The notes: generated by a model from the letters alone, not told the origin. A stretch of 64,000 nt of DNA from Fidelibacterota bacterium (GCA_016784605.1 JADHUI010000004.1:7872-71871); one strand, 5' to 3'. Counted from the first letter of the stretch, positions 50,412-60,577 are shown. Program-made: numbers and translations.

Positions 50412-50482
50412 TGGGGCGTCGTCTAACGGTAGGACACCTGGTTTTGGTCCAGGTAGTTGGGGTTCGATTCCCTACGCCCCAG
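50412..50482 (+). tRNA. tRNA-Gln (anticodon UUG), 71 nt, CCA not encoded
   Basis: Hand-folded cloverleaf. Acceptor TGGGGCG/CGCCCCA. D arm GTCT-AACGGTA-GGAC. Anticodon arm CCTGG-TTTTGGT-CCAGG (TTG at positions 34-36). T arm TGGGG-TTCGATT-CCCTA. Discriminator G. Confidence 0.9.
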
Positions 50483-50487
50483 CAAAC

Positions 50488-51438
50488 ATGACAAAACAAA
50501 ACAACATGAAACTTTTTTCAGGCCGCAGTAACCAGGTCTTAGCTGAAAAAATTGCCTCATCTATGGGGCATAAACTTGGCGATGTATCTATACGTACATT
50601 CTCAGACGGAGAATTGTGGGTTCGATATGAAGAAAATATTCGAGGGAATGATGTTTTTATTATTCAATCTACGAATGGTCCATCTGAAAATTTGATGGAA
50701 CTTTTCCTTATGATTGATGCGGCGGTTCGTGCTTCAGCCAAAAGAGTAACGGTGGTAATCCCTTACTTTGGGTATGGGAGACAGGATCGGAAAGATCAGC
50801 CTCGCGTTCCAATTTCATCTAGAGTGGTGGTAGATATTATTTCTACCTTAGGTGCGGATCGTATTATTAGCATGGACTTACATTCAACGCAAATTCAAGG
50901 GTTTGCTAAAATTCCATTTGACCACTTATATAGTCGAATGGTTTTATTGGATGCTATTACAAACCAAGGATTCAATAAAGAAGAATGTGTTGTGCTTGCG
51001 CCAGATGTTGGGTCAGCCGCGATGGGCCAAACTTATGCAAAAAGATTAGAAATGCACTTTGCATTAATTGATAAACGAAGGTATAAACCAAATCAGGCGA
51101 AAATCAGTCATTTGATTGGTGAGTTAAAAGGTATGGATGTATTAATCATAGATGATATGATTGATACTGGAGGAACAACGGCAAATGCAGCTGAAGTAGC
51201 CATGAAAGAAGGCGCAAAAAGCGTAACCGCAGTTGCAACGCACGGTGTTTTATCTGGACCGGCCATCGAACGGTTGAGTGACGCACCTATAAGAAAAATT
51301 ATAGTAACGGATACAATATTATTACCAAAGGAAAAAATATTACCAAATATGGAAATAGTAACTGTATCAAAAGTTTTTGGAGAAGCACTGGGGCGAATTC
51401 ACTATGGTGAATCTGTCAGTGCCCTTTTCGAATTTTAA
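50488..51438 (+). CDS. prs: Ribose-phosphate pyrophosphokinase
   Basis: KLFSGRSNQVLAEKIA, YFGYGRQDRK, DLHSTQIQGF, DDMIDTGGT. An alternative ATG at 50506 (MKLFSG) is equally plausible. Confidence 0.9.
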   Translation: MTKQNNMKLFSGRSNQVLAEKIASSMGHKLGDVSIRTFSDGELWVRYEENIRGNDVFIIQSTNGPSENLMELFLMIDAAVRASAKRVTVVIPYFGYGRQDRKDQPRVPISSRVVVDIISTLGADRIISMDLHSTQIQGFAKIPFDHLYSRMVLLDAITNQGFNKEECVVLAPDVGSAAMGQTYAKRLEMHFALIDKRRYKPNQAKISHLIGELKGMDVLIIDDMIDTGGTTANAAEVAMKEGAKSVTAVATHGVLSGPAIERLSDAPIRKIIVTDTILLPKEKILPNMEIVTVSKVFGEALGRIHYGESVSALFEF

Positions 51439-51454
51439 ACAGGAGATAAAAAAA

Positions 51455-52117
51455 ATGGCTTCATCTTATTACAAACTAAATATTAAAGAACGAACTACAA
51501 CAGGTGGCAAATTTGCCAGAGCTATGCGCCGAGAAGGTCAGGTTCCTGCAATTTTGTATTACGCTGGAACGGAGAATGTAAATCTTACGATTGACGGTGG
51601 AGATCTTTATCATGCGCTTCATTCAGGTCAACACATTTTTGAAATTGAAACTGGCGGTGAAACACAATTTGCAATGATTAAACAAATGCAATACCATCCA
51701 GTAACGGATGATGTCGTTCATTTAGATCTTATGCGGGTACGTCGATCAGAAAAAATTAGTATTACAGTTCCACTCGTTTTAGAAGGTGAATCAATAGGTA
51801 TTAAAGAAGGGGGTGTTTTATCCCAACAATTAATGTCTGTTGAAATTAAATGTTTCCCAACTGATGTGCCTGAACAAATTACAGTTGATATTACTGATCT
51901 TGAATTAAATACAAGTCTAAGTATTGCCGATGTAAATACTGGGAATGATGATATTGAAATTGTAACAAGTGATGATATTAACGTTGCATCTATTCATCCA
52001 CCTGCAGCCGAAGAAGAACCTGAAACAGATCTTGATGAAGATCTTGATGAAGATGGCGAAGCAAGTGGGGATGAAGAATCTTCTTCTGATAATGCATCCG
52101 GAGAAGAAACTGAATAA
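51455..52117 (+). CDS. rplY: 50S ribosomal protein L25 / general stress protein Ctc form, with acidic C-terminal tail
   Basis: AGGAG (51441..51445) lies 9 nt before the ATG at 51455. GKFARAMRREGQVPAILY is the L25 signature. The two-domain Ctc length is extended by the tail PPAAEEEPETDLDEDLDEDGEASGDEESSSDNASGEETE. Confidence 0.85.
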   Translation: MASSYYKLNIKERTTTGGKFARAMRREGQVPAILYYAGTENVNLTIDGGDLYHALHSGQHIFEIETGGETQFAMIKQMQYHPVTDDVVHLDLMRVRRSEKISITVPLVLEGESIGIKEGGVLSQQLMSVEIKCFPTDVPEQITVDITDLELNTSLSIADVNTGNDDIEIVTSDDINVASIHPPAAEEEPETDLDEDLDEDGEASGDEESSSDNASGEETE

Positions 52118-52119
52118 CT

Positions 52120-52674
52120 ATGATCGCATTTGTCGGTCTAGGAAACACGGGGCATGAATACTCAGAAACAAAGCATAATGCGGGTTTTTGGGTCGTGGAT
52201 GAACTTGCGCGTCGTTGGAAAATCAACTTTCAACCTGGGGTGGGTCAATATGTGTTTGCAGAAGACAAAAAGAGAAACATTTTGCTCGTAAAACCCACAA
52301 TTGGTATGAATGGTAGCGGCATTCCCGTTAAAGATGTAATGCATAGGTGGGAAATAGATTTATCTGAATTATTTATTATTTTAGATGATGTTGATTTACC
52401 GCTAGGCTCGATTAGAATTCGACCTAAAGGTGGAGATGGATGTCATCGTGGAATGGAATCTATAATTTATCAATTGGGGAATACGCATTTTCCGCGAATT
52501 CGATTTGGCATTGCTGTTGAAGGTGAAAAACTAAGACCTTCTGAAGAATATGTTCTTAAACCATTCAAAAAGAAAGATTCAGTTTTAGGCGATGAAAAAA
52601 TTGTAGATGCGGCCGATGCTGTAGAATCAATTCTGAGAAATGGATTAAATAAAACAATGAATAATTTTAACTAA
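52120..52674 (+). CDS. pth: Peptidyl-tRNA hydrolase
   Basis: IAFVGLGNTGHEYSETKHNAGFWVVDEL, ILDDVDLPLGSIRIRPKGGDGCHRG. Confidence 0.9.
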   Translation: MIAFVGLGNTGHEYSETKHNAGFWVVDELARRWKINFQPGVGQYVFAEDKKRNILLVKPTIGMNGSGIPVKDVMHRWEIDLSELFIILDDVDLPLGSIRIRPKGGDGCHRGMESIIYQLGNTHFPRIRFGIAVEGEKLRPSEEYVLKPFKKKDSVLGDEKIVDAADAVESILRNGLNKTMNNFN

Positions 52675-52695
52675 TGGACAAAGGATCAAATATTA

Positions 52696-54837
52696 ATGAA
52701 TAATTTATTATTAGTCGTTGGTGCAGGCGCGTTAGCCATGTTGTTTTCATTTTGGAAAACAAGTTGGATTAATAAGCAGGAAGAGGGCACTGACAGAATG
52801 AAGCAGATAGGGGCAAGTATTGCTGATGGTGCGATGGCTTTTTTAAAAGCCGAATATCGCGTATTAGGTATATTTGTTATTGCTGTTGCTGTATTGCTAG
52901 GATTTGCGAATGCAGGGAGACAAGATTCTAGTAGTTTGATATCTCTATCTTTTATTGTGGGTGCTGTTGCATCTGGTTTAGCAGGCTTTTTAGGGATGAA
53001 GGTCGCTACAAAAGCAAATAACCGAACAACTCATGCAGCAAGAACAAGTTTAGCTGAAGCATTAAATGTTGCATTCACTGGAGGCTCCGTAATGGGGCTA
53101 AGTGTTGTTGGTTTAGGCGTCATTGGTTTGGGCGGATTATTTATCTATTATTCAAACCTTTTCGGTTCAGATGCTGATAATATTAACACTGTATTAAATG
53201 TTATTTCCGGATTTTCTTTGGGTGCATCATCCATTGCATTGTTTGCTCGCGTTGGCGGGGGTATTTATACCAAAGCTGCTGATGTTGGCGCAGACCTTGT
53301 GGGAAAAGTTGAAGCAGGCATTCCAGAAGATCACCCTCTAAATCCCGCTACAATTGCAGATAATGTAGGTGATAATGTAGGCGATGTTGCCGGAATGGGT
53401 GCTGACCTTTTTGAATCTTATGTAGGTTCGATTGTGGGTTCGATGGTTTTAGGAGCGAGTATATTGGCGGCTAATGCTTTTGATATTAATTTTGTTATCC
53501 TACCTCTTTTCATTGCAGGCTCTGGCATTCTTGTTTCTATCGTTGGAACTTTTATGGTTTCGGTTAAAGAAGGTGGCGATCCGCAGAAAGCATTAAATAT
53601 TGGAGAATTTGGTTCTTCAGCCATTATGATTGGCGCAATTTACTTTTTGATTCAATCTTTTCTTCCTGAAACATTTATACAAGGCGGAGTTTCGTTTACA
53701 TCGATGGGTGTTTTTTATGCAACAGTTATTGGCTTAGTTGCTGGTTTAGGCATTGGCATGATTACTGAACATTATACTGGGACAGGTACACCTCCCGTTA
53801 TGTCTATTGTAAAACAATCTTTAACAGGACCCGCTACAACAATTATTGCAGGATTGGGCGTTGGTATGCAATCGACAGCAATCCCTATTTTAATTTTGGC
53901 AACAGGAATCATGGGTGCACATCATTTTGCGGGACTCTATGGAATTGCAATGGCAGCATTAGGAATGCTTGCTAACACCGGAATTCAATTAGCTGTTGAT
54001 GCTTATGGTCCTATTTCTGATAATGCAGGTGGTATTGCTGAAATGGCTGAATTACCAGCAGAAGTGCGTGAGCGTACGGATAAATTAGATGCAGTTGGAA
54101 ATACAACAGCAGCCATTGGAAAAGGATTTGCCATAGGTTCGGCTGCCCTAACAGCTTTAGCGCTATTTTCTGCTTTTATGGTTCAAACAGGTATCGATTC
54201 TATTGATATTTCAAACCCAATGGTTATGGCTGGATTATTTGTGGGCGGGATGTTACCCTTCCTTTTTTCTTCCATGGCAATGGGCGCTGTTGGTCGTGCT
54301 GCTATGGCAATGATTGAAGAAGTTCGACGTCAGTTTAGAGAAATCCCCGAATTAAAAGCAGCTTTAGCTGTATTAAATAAAGGGGACGAGTCTACTTGGT
54401 CTGATGAAGAAAAGGCAACATACGAAGCTGGACTTGATAAAGCAGAGCATGGAAAATGTGTAGAAATTTCCACACAATCTGCGATTAAAGAAATGGTCTT
54501 GCCAGGCCTATTAGCCATTACTTCACCAGTTATAATTGGTTTTGTATTTGGCGCAGAAACATTAGGCGGTTTGCTTGCGGGTGTAACTGTTACAGGTGTT
54601 TTAATGGCTATATTTCAATCTAATGCTGGTGGGGCATGGGATAATGCCAAAAAAATGATTGAAGAGGGAGTCGTTGTCAATGGAGAAGAAATCAAAAAAG
54701 GATCAGAAGCACATAAAGCAGCTGTTGTTGGTGATACGGTTGGAGACCCATTTAAGGACACATCAGGTCCTTCTCTAAATATTTTAATCAAATTAATGTC
54801 TGTGGTATCATTGGTCATTGCACCATTGATTGCCTAG
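52696..54837 (+). CDS. hppA: Membrane-bound ion-translocating pyrophosphatase, K+-dependent type
   Basis: [62 protein letters not shown] (Ala, not Lys, at the K+-dependence position), [17 protein letters not shown]. Confidence 0.9.
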   Translation: MNNLLLVVGAGALAMLFSFWKTSWINKQEEGTDRMKQIGASIADGAMAFLKAEYRVLGIFVIAVAVLLGFANAGRQDSSSLISLSFIVGAVASGLAGFLGMKVATKANNRTTHAARTSLAEALNVAFTGGSVMGLSVVGLGVIGLGGLFIYYSNLFGSDADNINTVLNVISGFSLGASSIALFARVGGGIYTKAADVGADLVGKVEAGIPEDHPLNPATIADNVGDNVGDVAGMGADLFESYVGSIVGSMVLGASILAANAFDINFVILPLFIAGSGILVSIVGTFMVSVKEGGDPQKALNIGEFGSSAIMIGAIYFLIQSFLPETFIQGGVSFTSMGVFYATVIGLVAGLGIGMITEHYTGTGTPPVMSIVKQSLTGPATTIIAGLGVGMQSTAIPILILATGIMGAHHFAGLYGIAMAALGMLANTGIQLAVDAYGPISDNAGGIAEMAELPAEVRERTDKLDAVGNTTAAIGKGFAIGSAALTALALFSAFMVQTGIDSIDISNPMVMAGLFVGGMLPFLFSSMAMGAVGRAAMAMIEEVRRQFREIPELKAALAVLNKGDESTWSDEEKATYEAGLDKAEHGKCVEISTQSAIKEMVLPGLLAITSPVIIGFVFGAETLGGLLAGVTVTGVLMAIFQSNAGGAWDNAKKMIEEGVVVNGEEIKKGSEAHKAAVVGDTVGDPFKDTSGPSLNILIKLMSVVSLVIAPLIA

Positions 54838-54853
54838 TGAAAGGAAAAAAACA

Positions 54854-55408
54854 ATGAGATATTATGAAACGTTGTATATCGTAAATCCCAACTTTGAAGA
54901 TAAAAAAGTAGAAACAATTATTTCTGAAGTTGGTGTAGAATTACAAAAAACTAATTCAAAACCTATTAACCATCATGTGTGGGGTAAAAATCGATTAGCG
55001 TACCCAATCCAAAAACAAAAGTATGGCACATTTATTCTAATACAATATTCAGGTGGGGAGACTGGGTCAATGGTTGAATTTGACACATGGATGAAATTAA
55101 ACACATCCATTTTACGTCATTTAACAACTCGACTAGAAGTGGAGCCTCCAAAAATTGAAGCTCCTGTTTTTGAAAAAACTGGAGATAAAACAAAAGAACA
55201 AGAAAAGGATAAATCTACTCCTGCCAAAGAAGATGCCACTGAAAGCGAAGAGAAACTTGAAGATGCTTCGGTTGATGCAGGTAAGGAAGAAACTCAAGAA
55301 GCGACAGAAGAAAGTCCATCTGACGATGTTGTTGAGCCTGAAGATGCCAAAGATGAAACACCAGAAGAAGCTGAAGAATCAGTTGAGACAGAAAAGGAGT
55401 CCAAATAA
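54854..55408 (+). CDS. rpsF: 30S ribosomal protein S6 with about 85-aa acidic C-terminal extension
   Basis: MRYYETLYIVNP is the S6 N-terminus (ATG at 54854; the ORF-track TTG at 54830 overlaps hppA). The core ends near LTTRLE, followed by an E/D/K/T-rich low-complexity tail. Confidence 0.85.
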   Translation: MRYYETLYIVNPNFEDKKVETIISEVGVELQKTNSKPINHHVWGKNRLAYPIQKQKYGTFILIQYSGGETGSMVEFDTWMKLNTSILRHLTTRLEVEPPKIEAPVFEKTGDKTKEQEKDKSTPAKEDATESEEKLEDASVDAGKEETQEATEESPSDDVVEPEDAKDETPEEAEESVETEKESK

Positions 55409-55635
55409 TGGCTTTTACATCGAGAAGAAAATTTTGTTATTTTAAAGAAAATAATATATCAGAAGTGGATTATAAAGATGTGAAACTTCTCCGTCGTTTT
55501 GTAAACGATCAGGGAAAAATCATGCCGAAGCGCGTAACAGGTACAAGTGCAAAAATGCACCGTAAACTCGTTAGAGCAATCAAACAATCCAGAATGATTG
55601 GACTGATGCCGTTTTCTGATACTGGCGTTGAATAA
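55408..55635 (+). CDS. rpsR: 30S ribosomal protein S18
   Basis: DYKDVKLLRRFVNDQGKIMPKRVTGTSAKMHRKLVRAIKQSRMIGLMPF. The start overlaps the rpsF stop (TAATG). Confidence 0.9.
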   Translation: MAFTSRRKFCYFKENNISEVDYKDVKLLRRFVNDQGKIMPKRVTGTSAKMHRKLVRAIKQSRMIGLMPFSDTGVE

Positions 55636-55649
55636 AAGGAGAATTACAA

Positions 55650-56093
55650 ATGGAAATTATATTATTACATGATGTAGAAAGTTTGGGCGAAGCGGGTGAT
55701 ATTATTCAGGTAAAACCGGGATATGCTAGGAATAAACTTATTCCTGAAGGGCTAGCTTTAAGGGCATCTAAGAAAAATCGAGCTATTGCTGAAGAAAGAA
55801 AAAGAGTCGTTAAATCTCGTATTAAAAGAGAAGCTGCGGCTTTCGACAGCCAATTAGAAGAATTAAACAAAGCTGAAATCACGATTGAAGTCCAAGTGGG
55901 TGAAGATGAAAAAATGTTTGGATCTGTTACAACGATGGACATACAAAAAAGCTTAGAGGAAAAAGGATTATCTGTAGAGAAACATAACATTCTTCTAGAT
56001 GAGCCAATCAAAGCTTTGGGCATTTATCGAGTCCCTGTTAAAGTGACATCTGAATTAAATGGTGAAATAAAAGTTTATGTTATTACCACCTAA
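55650..56093 (+). CDS. rplI: 50S ribosomal protein L9
   Basis: MEIILLHDVESLGEAGDIIQVKPGYARNKLIPEGLA is the L9 N-domain signature. Confidence 0.9.
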   Translation: MEIILLHDVESLGEAGDIIQVKPGYARNKLIPEGLALRASKKNRAIAEERKRVVKSRIKREAAAFDSQLEELNKAEITIEVQVGEDEKMFGSVTTMDIQKSLEEKGLSVEKHNILLDEPIKALGIYRVPVKVTSELNGEIKVYVITT

Positions 56094-56113
56094 ATTCAAT
56101 TTAGTATAAAAAA

Positions 56114-56141
56114 AGCCTCCAGATTTGGGGGCTTTTTTTTT
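56114..56141 (+). terminator. Rho-independent terminator after rplI
   Basis: Stem AGCCTCC (56114..56120) / GGGGGCT (56127..56133, one G-T pair), 6-nt loop, then a run of 9 T. An A-run precedes it. Confidence 0.75.
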
Positions 56142-56209
56142 ATTTAAAATAATTAAAAATATTAAACGTTTTCCTTTCATTACTGTTCATTTTTTCAACA
56201 ATTTTAACC

Positions 56210-58441
56210 ATGTTTGTACAAGTAGCATTTCCAATATCTAGTTACCAAACGTTCACCTATAAAGTTCCTGAAGCATTTCAGAAAAACATTCAAGTGGGCA
56301 TGCGCGTTAAAACTCCCTTTGGGCGGCGAGTGGTTATGGGTATTATAGTTGGTGTATCTAAATCAACACCATTTAAAGGAAAAACAAAATCAATTTCAGA
56401 CATTGTTGATACCAGCCCGATCTTAAGTAAGCATCTTTGGAATGTTATTTTATGGATGAGTCAATATTATTTAACGCCCTTAGGGCAAGTTGCAAAAAGT
56501 GTCCTTCCATCGTCTTTATCCCTAAAGTATAAACCGCCGACCAAAAGGATGGTTGAAATATGTACTTCCACAACAAAAGAAGATATATCATCGATTTCTA
56601 GTAGAGCAAAGGCACAAAAAACCGTCGCCGATATGCTCTTTAAATCACAAAAACGAATTTTAATTAACACATTAAATGATTTTGTGTCTAACCCCTTAGA
56701 CGTTTGTAGAAAACTGGAAAAAAGCGGATTTGTTCAGCTATCTGAGATTGTATCTCCTCCCGATGTAACCGGATTTACATTTGACCCTGTTCAGAAAGAA
56801 ATAAAATTCAATAAAGAGCAAACAGAAACAATAGATGAAATTACTAGCGCCATAACGAAAAACATTTATCAACCCTTCATGCTTCATGGCGTTACTGGGT
56901 CTGGTAAAACTGAAATTTATATTGAAGCAGCGCGGAATGCTATTTCTGCAGGGAAAACGGTTATTATTCTATTACCCGAAATTAGTTTAACGCCACAAAT
57001 TGCCGGACGGTTTCGTTCTGTATTTGGAGAAGAAGTTGCTCTCTGGCATTCGAAATTAACCCCGTCTCAAAGAGCTTGGACATGGAAAGAAATTTGCACC
57101 GGAACGTTCAAAGTTGTTATTGGTGCTCGAAGTGCCATATTTGCTCCATTAAAAAAAGTAGGTCTTATAGTCATCGACGAAGAACAGGAGAGTTCATTTA
57201 AACAAGAAGCACCTGCCCCACGATATCATGCACGCGATGTTGCATTAGTCCGAGGTCGATATGAAAAGTCTGCCGTTGTTTTAGCGAGCGCAACACCCAG
57301 TTTAGAAAGTTATTATAATCAAATATTGGGCAAATTAAGTTTATTACATTTATCAAAAAGGTTTGGTGGCGCAAAATATCCACAAACACATATTGTTGAT
57401 ATGATTCAAGATCAAGAAGAGTCAGGCAAATATGGTATGATATTGTCAGGGTTACTTCAGGATAAAATTGAAGACAGACTACGGAAGAGCGAACAAGTAA
57501 TTTTACTTCAAAATAGACGTGGGTATTCTCTAGTGATGCGTTGCGGGGATTGTGGGGAAGTTGTCTCGTGTAAACATTGTAATGTGTCGTTAACATTCCA
57601 CAGAAGCAATAAAAAGCTCATTTGTCATTATTGCGGGTATTCGCCATTAGGAATAAGCGAATCATGTAATTCGTGTCATTCGCCAAATATGAAATTCTTT
57701 GGAACAGGGACACAACGCGTTGAAGATATACTTGGGGAAACATTCCCTAATGCACGAATTGAGCGATTAGATCTAGATACCACAAAATCGGGGACTAGAA
57801 TCACGGCTGTTTTGCAATCATTTGAAAAGGGAGAAATTGATATTTTACTTGGGACTCAAATGATTGCAAAAGGGTTAGACTTTGGCAACGCTACATTAGT
57901 TGGAATAATTAATGCTGATGTTGGGCTCCATTTACCGGATTTTCGTGCAGGAGAAAGAATATTTCAATTAATTTATCAAGCCTCAGGTAGAGCAGGAAGA
58001 GGGTCCAAGTCTGGTGAAGTAGTTATTCAAACGTATAATAGTCAAAATCCCGTTATTAAAAAAGCTGCAAAGCTTGATTTGAAGGCTTATTATAACATTC
58101 TTTTAAACGAAAGGAAGGAGTTGAATTATCCGCCATTTAGTTGGATAACTAAAGTTGTTTTTACAGGACAAAATCAACAATCTGTGGAAAAATATTCTTT
58201 TAGAATTATGCAAAAATTAAAAGGAAAATTTAAAGGTTTAGATATTTTAGGGCCCGCCCCATGTTATTTCGAAAAACTTAGAGGGAATTATAGGACTCAA
58301 ATCGTTTTTAAGGTATCAAGAGAATTAGATCCTAATGGAAATAAGCTGCACGTATTTTTGGAAAAAAACTTTTTTGAAACTCAAACAAATTCAAATCATA
58401 TAAAAATGAGTGTTAATGTGAATCCATTAAGCCTTTTATAA
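56210..58441 (+). CDS. priA: Primosomal replication-restart helicase PriA
   Basis: Walker A LHGVTGSGKTEIYI, DEEQE box, Cys-rich zinc region CGDCGEVVSCKHCNVSLTFH...CHYCGY, GTQMIAKGLDF. Confidence 0.9.
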   Translation: MFVQVAFPISSYQTFTYKVPEAFQKNIQVGMRVKTPFGRRVVMGIIVGVSKSTPFKGKTKSISDIVDTSPILSKHLWNVILWMSQYYLTPLGQVAKSVLPSSLSLKYKPPTKRMVEICTSTTKEDISSISSRAKAQKTVADMLFKSQKRILINTLNDFVSNPLDVCRKLEKSGFVQLSEIVSPPDVTGFTFDPVQKEIKFNKEQTETIDEITSAITKNIYQPFMLHGVTGSGKTEIYIEAARNAISAGKTVIILLPEISLTPQIAGRFRSVFGEEVALWHSKLTPSQRAWTWKEICTGTFKVVIGARSAIFAPLKKVGLIVIDEEQESSFKQEAPAPRYHARDVALVRGRYEKSAVVLASATPSLESYYNQILGKLSLLHLSKRFGGAKYPQTHIVDMIQDQEESGKYGMILSGLLQDKIEDRLRKSEQVILLQNRRGYSLVMRCGDCGEVVSCKHCNVSLTFHRSNKKLICHYCGYSPLGISESCNSCHSPNMKFFGTGTQRVEDILGETFPNARIERLDLDTTKSGTRITAVLQSFEKGEIDILLGTQMIAKGLDFGNATLVGIINADVGLHLPDFRAGERIFQLIYQASGRAGRGSKSGEVVIQTYNSQNPVIKKAAKLDLKAYYNILLNERKELNYPPFSWITKVVFTGQNQQSVEKYSFRIMQKLKGKFKGLDILGPAPCYFEKLRGNYRTQIVFKVSRELDPNGNKLHVFLEKNFFETQTNSNHIKMSVNVNPLSLL

Positions 58442-59349
58442 TGAATAAAATAATCATGACTATATTATTAGGGTTAACCACTGTTTTTGGGGAAATATCC
58501 TATCCTGGTTTACTGACTTGGTCTCATACTCCAACGATTGCTTTGGCGGGTGGCGGCAGAATATTGTTCGGCGCTGAGGGAGATCGTCTTAATCCGGCTG
58601 TACTTTCCTATGAAAAGAACCGACAATTTCATGCAAGCTTAATTCAGTTCCCTGCCGATATACGGCTAGAGTCGTTTTCGATTTTATTCCCCACAGAAAT
58701 ATCAAATAAAAGTTTAAGCTTTAGGCATCAGTCTCTAGGCATCTTTGATGGATATGATGAGAGTGGAAACGAAACAGGGAAATATCAATCAGGTGAAACA
58801 ATTATAACCGGATCTTTCAGCAAAAAAGTCCAAAATATGCCACTTCGCTGGGGGGTCAGTTCTTCCATTTTCTATAGCCAATTATATAATTACTCATCGG
58901 TGGCCATTGCGCTTAATGGAGGTGTATTGTTGGATATACCGATTATTAAATCTGTTATTGGTATTAATTTTGAGAATGTTGGATTCCCTTTATCAAGTTA
59001 TACAGATCATAAAGAATCTTTACCTTCTCAAATGGCAGTTAGTCTTTCAAAAAAATTGGCCCATTTACCATTACAAATAATGCTAGAAGCGCCGTATTCA
59101 TTTCAGACAGAAGAATTAAATATTATATTATCTGGGGAATTTAAATTAATCAATGGAATACAAATTCGTTTGGGAACTTCATCCGAAAGAATAAACCAAA
59201 ATATTCAACAATCTGTTTCTCAGAGTGCAATAAGTGGTACAGGGTTGGGCATAAATTATGTTGGGAAAGATTATAGTATTGGAATTGGTTCGTATTTTTA
59301 TGGTACTGGCGAATGGATTAATGGAATCGAATTTGGAGGGAATTTTTGA
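58441..59349 (+). CDS. PorV/PorQ-superfamily-like outer-membrane barrel (third copy in the window)
   Basis: The ATG overlaps the priA stop (TAATG). Signal IIMTILLGLTTVFG. N-terminal PTIALAGGGRILFGAEGDRLNPAVL resembles the G-rich...NPA motif of the other two copies. Block SSVAIALNGGVLLD...IGINFENVGFPLS parallels ANAVAIDVGSQY...IGMAITNFGTKMS. Ends in GGNF. Confidence 0.45.
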   Translation: MNKIIMTILLGLTTVFGEISYPGLLTWSHTPTIALAGGGRILFGAEGDRLNPAVLSYEKNRQFHASLIQFPADIRLESFSILFPTEISNKSLSFRHQSLGIFDGYDESGNETGKYQSGETIITGSFSKKVQNMPLRWGVSSSIFYSQLYNYSSVAIALNGGVLLDIPIIKSVIGINFENVGFPLSSYTDHKESLPSQMAVSLSKKLAHLPLQIMLEAPYSFQTEELNIILSGEFKLINGIQIRLGTSSERINQNIQQSVSQSAISGTGLGINYVGKDYSIGIGSYFYGTGEWINGIEFGGNF

Positions 59350-60554
59350 AAAAATTATTAGTGATATTATTTTTATTATCAACTGTAGTTTTAAAAGCTG
59401 ACAATAATTACCCCATTGTTCTTGTTCACGGATTTTTGGGTTGGGGACCAGAAGAATTAGGCGGCTATAAATATTGGGGCGGAACAGAAGATTTGCAAAA
59501 AATATTGGAGGAAAAAGGATATCAAGTATTTACCGTTTCAGTTGGGCCTGTTTCATCTAATTGGGAAAGAGCCATAGAAGTATATACCCAATTAAAGGGC
59601 GGGCAGATTGATTATGGAAATGTACATGCTAAAAAGTATGGTATTGTTCAAATGCCTGAAGGGAAAAAATATGTCGGACTTTATTCAGAATGGGACGAAA
59701 ACCATCCTGTCCATTTGATTGGGCATAGTATGGGCGGACAAACGATTCGCATGCTACAATATCAATTATCTCAAATCATCATTTCGGATACAACAAATAA
59801 CGCTCCCGAAAAAAGCGCATTACTTGGTGAAGAAAAAAATGGGTGGATTGCTTCTATAACAAGTATTGCTACGCCGCATGACGGTACAACGTTAGCCAAT
59901 ATTATGACAAAAACATTTCCATGTCTTCAAAATATCATTGGAATTGCTAATGTAGTAGGTTCGGGGTTTTATGATTTTGATCTAGAACATTGGGGTTTTT
60001 CTAGAGGCGAAAACGAAACGTGGTCATCTTATCGAAGGCGAATGAAGGACCATCTCGCATGGGGAACTAAAAATATTTGCGCCTGGGATTTAAGTTTGGA
60101 TGGAGCAAAAGAACTAAATAGTACTCTTATTGTAGATCCAAATATTTATTATTTTTCATTCCAAACGACTGCAACAAACTTAGATACATCAACTGGCTAT
60201 TATATTCCAAAAGAAGATGCAATGTTATTGACACGACCCAGAGCAAAGATTTTGGGCTCTACTATTTCTTATTGGAAAGACGGTTCATCCACAGATTCAA
60301 CATGGTTTAATAACGATGGCGTTGTTAATACAATTTCTATGACAGGGCCAAAAACGGGGGTAAACGGTCCCGACCCCATTATTGAATATCAAGAAAATGA
60401 TTTATTGATCCCCGGGCAGTGGTATACATTAGGACCGTACGATTTAGATCATTGGAGTATTATTGGACATACATTGTCGGATGAAGAGTGGGCAAGAGCA
60501 AGGTCTCTTTATTTGGCGCATGCTGAAAGGCTTAAAAAACTCACTCTTAATTAG
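59346..60554 (+). CDS. Secreted triacylglycerol lipase/esterase (Staphylococcus/Geobacillus-type alpha/beta hydrolase, family I.5/I.6-like)
   Basis: The TTG start overlaps the upstream stop (TTGA). Signal KKLLVILFLLSTVVLKA. YPIVLVHGFLGWG oxyanion region. Nucleophile elbow IGHSMGGQT. DHWSIIGH near the C-terminus. Confidence 0.8.
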   Translation: MKKLLVILFLLSTVVLKADNNYPIVLVHGFLGWGPEELGGYKYWGGTEDLQKILEEKGYQVFTVSVGPVSSNWERAIEVYTQLKGGQIDYGNVHAKKYGIVQMPEGKKYVGLYSEWDENHPVHLIGHSMGGQTIRMLQYQLSQIIISDTTNNAPEKSALLGEEKNGWIASITSIATPHDGTTLANIMTKTFPCLQNIIGIANVVGSGFYDFDLEHWGFSRGENETWSSYRRRMKDHLAWGTKNICAWDLSLDGAKELNSTLIVDPNIYYFSFQTTATNLDTSTGYYIPKEDAMLLTRPRAKILGSTISYWKDGSSTDSTWFNNDGVVNTISMTGPKTGVNGPDPIIEYQENDLLIPGQWYTLGPYDLDHWSIIGHTLSDEEWARARSLYLAHAERLKKLTLN

Positions 60555-60577
60555 AATTCTTTGAATATGATGTAAGT

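Noticed and set aside
50393-50487. tRNA-Gln as a possible integration hotspot or island boundary.
   Set aside because: There is no integrase, no direct repeat of the tRNA 3' end and no compositional break. The flanking genes (ispE, prs) form a widely conserved neighbourhood.
50245-50499. 84-aa minus-strand ORF between ispE and prs.
   Set aside because: It overlaps the well-folded tRNA-Gln and the ends of two strongly supported genes. Spurious.
55155-55445. 96-aa K-rich ORF in another frame of the rpsF acidic-tail region.
   Set aside because: It is a frame shadow of GAA/GAT-rich coding sequence. The rpsF frame is contiguous with the conserved S6 core and is followed by a coupled rpsR start.
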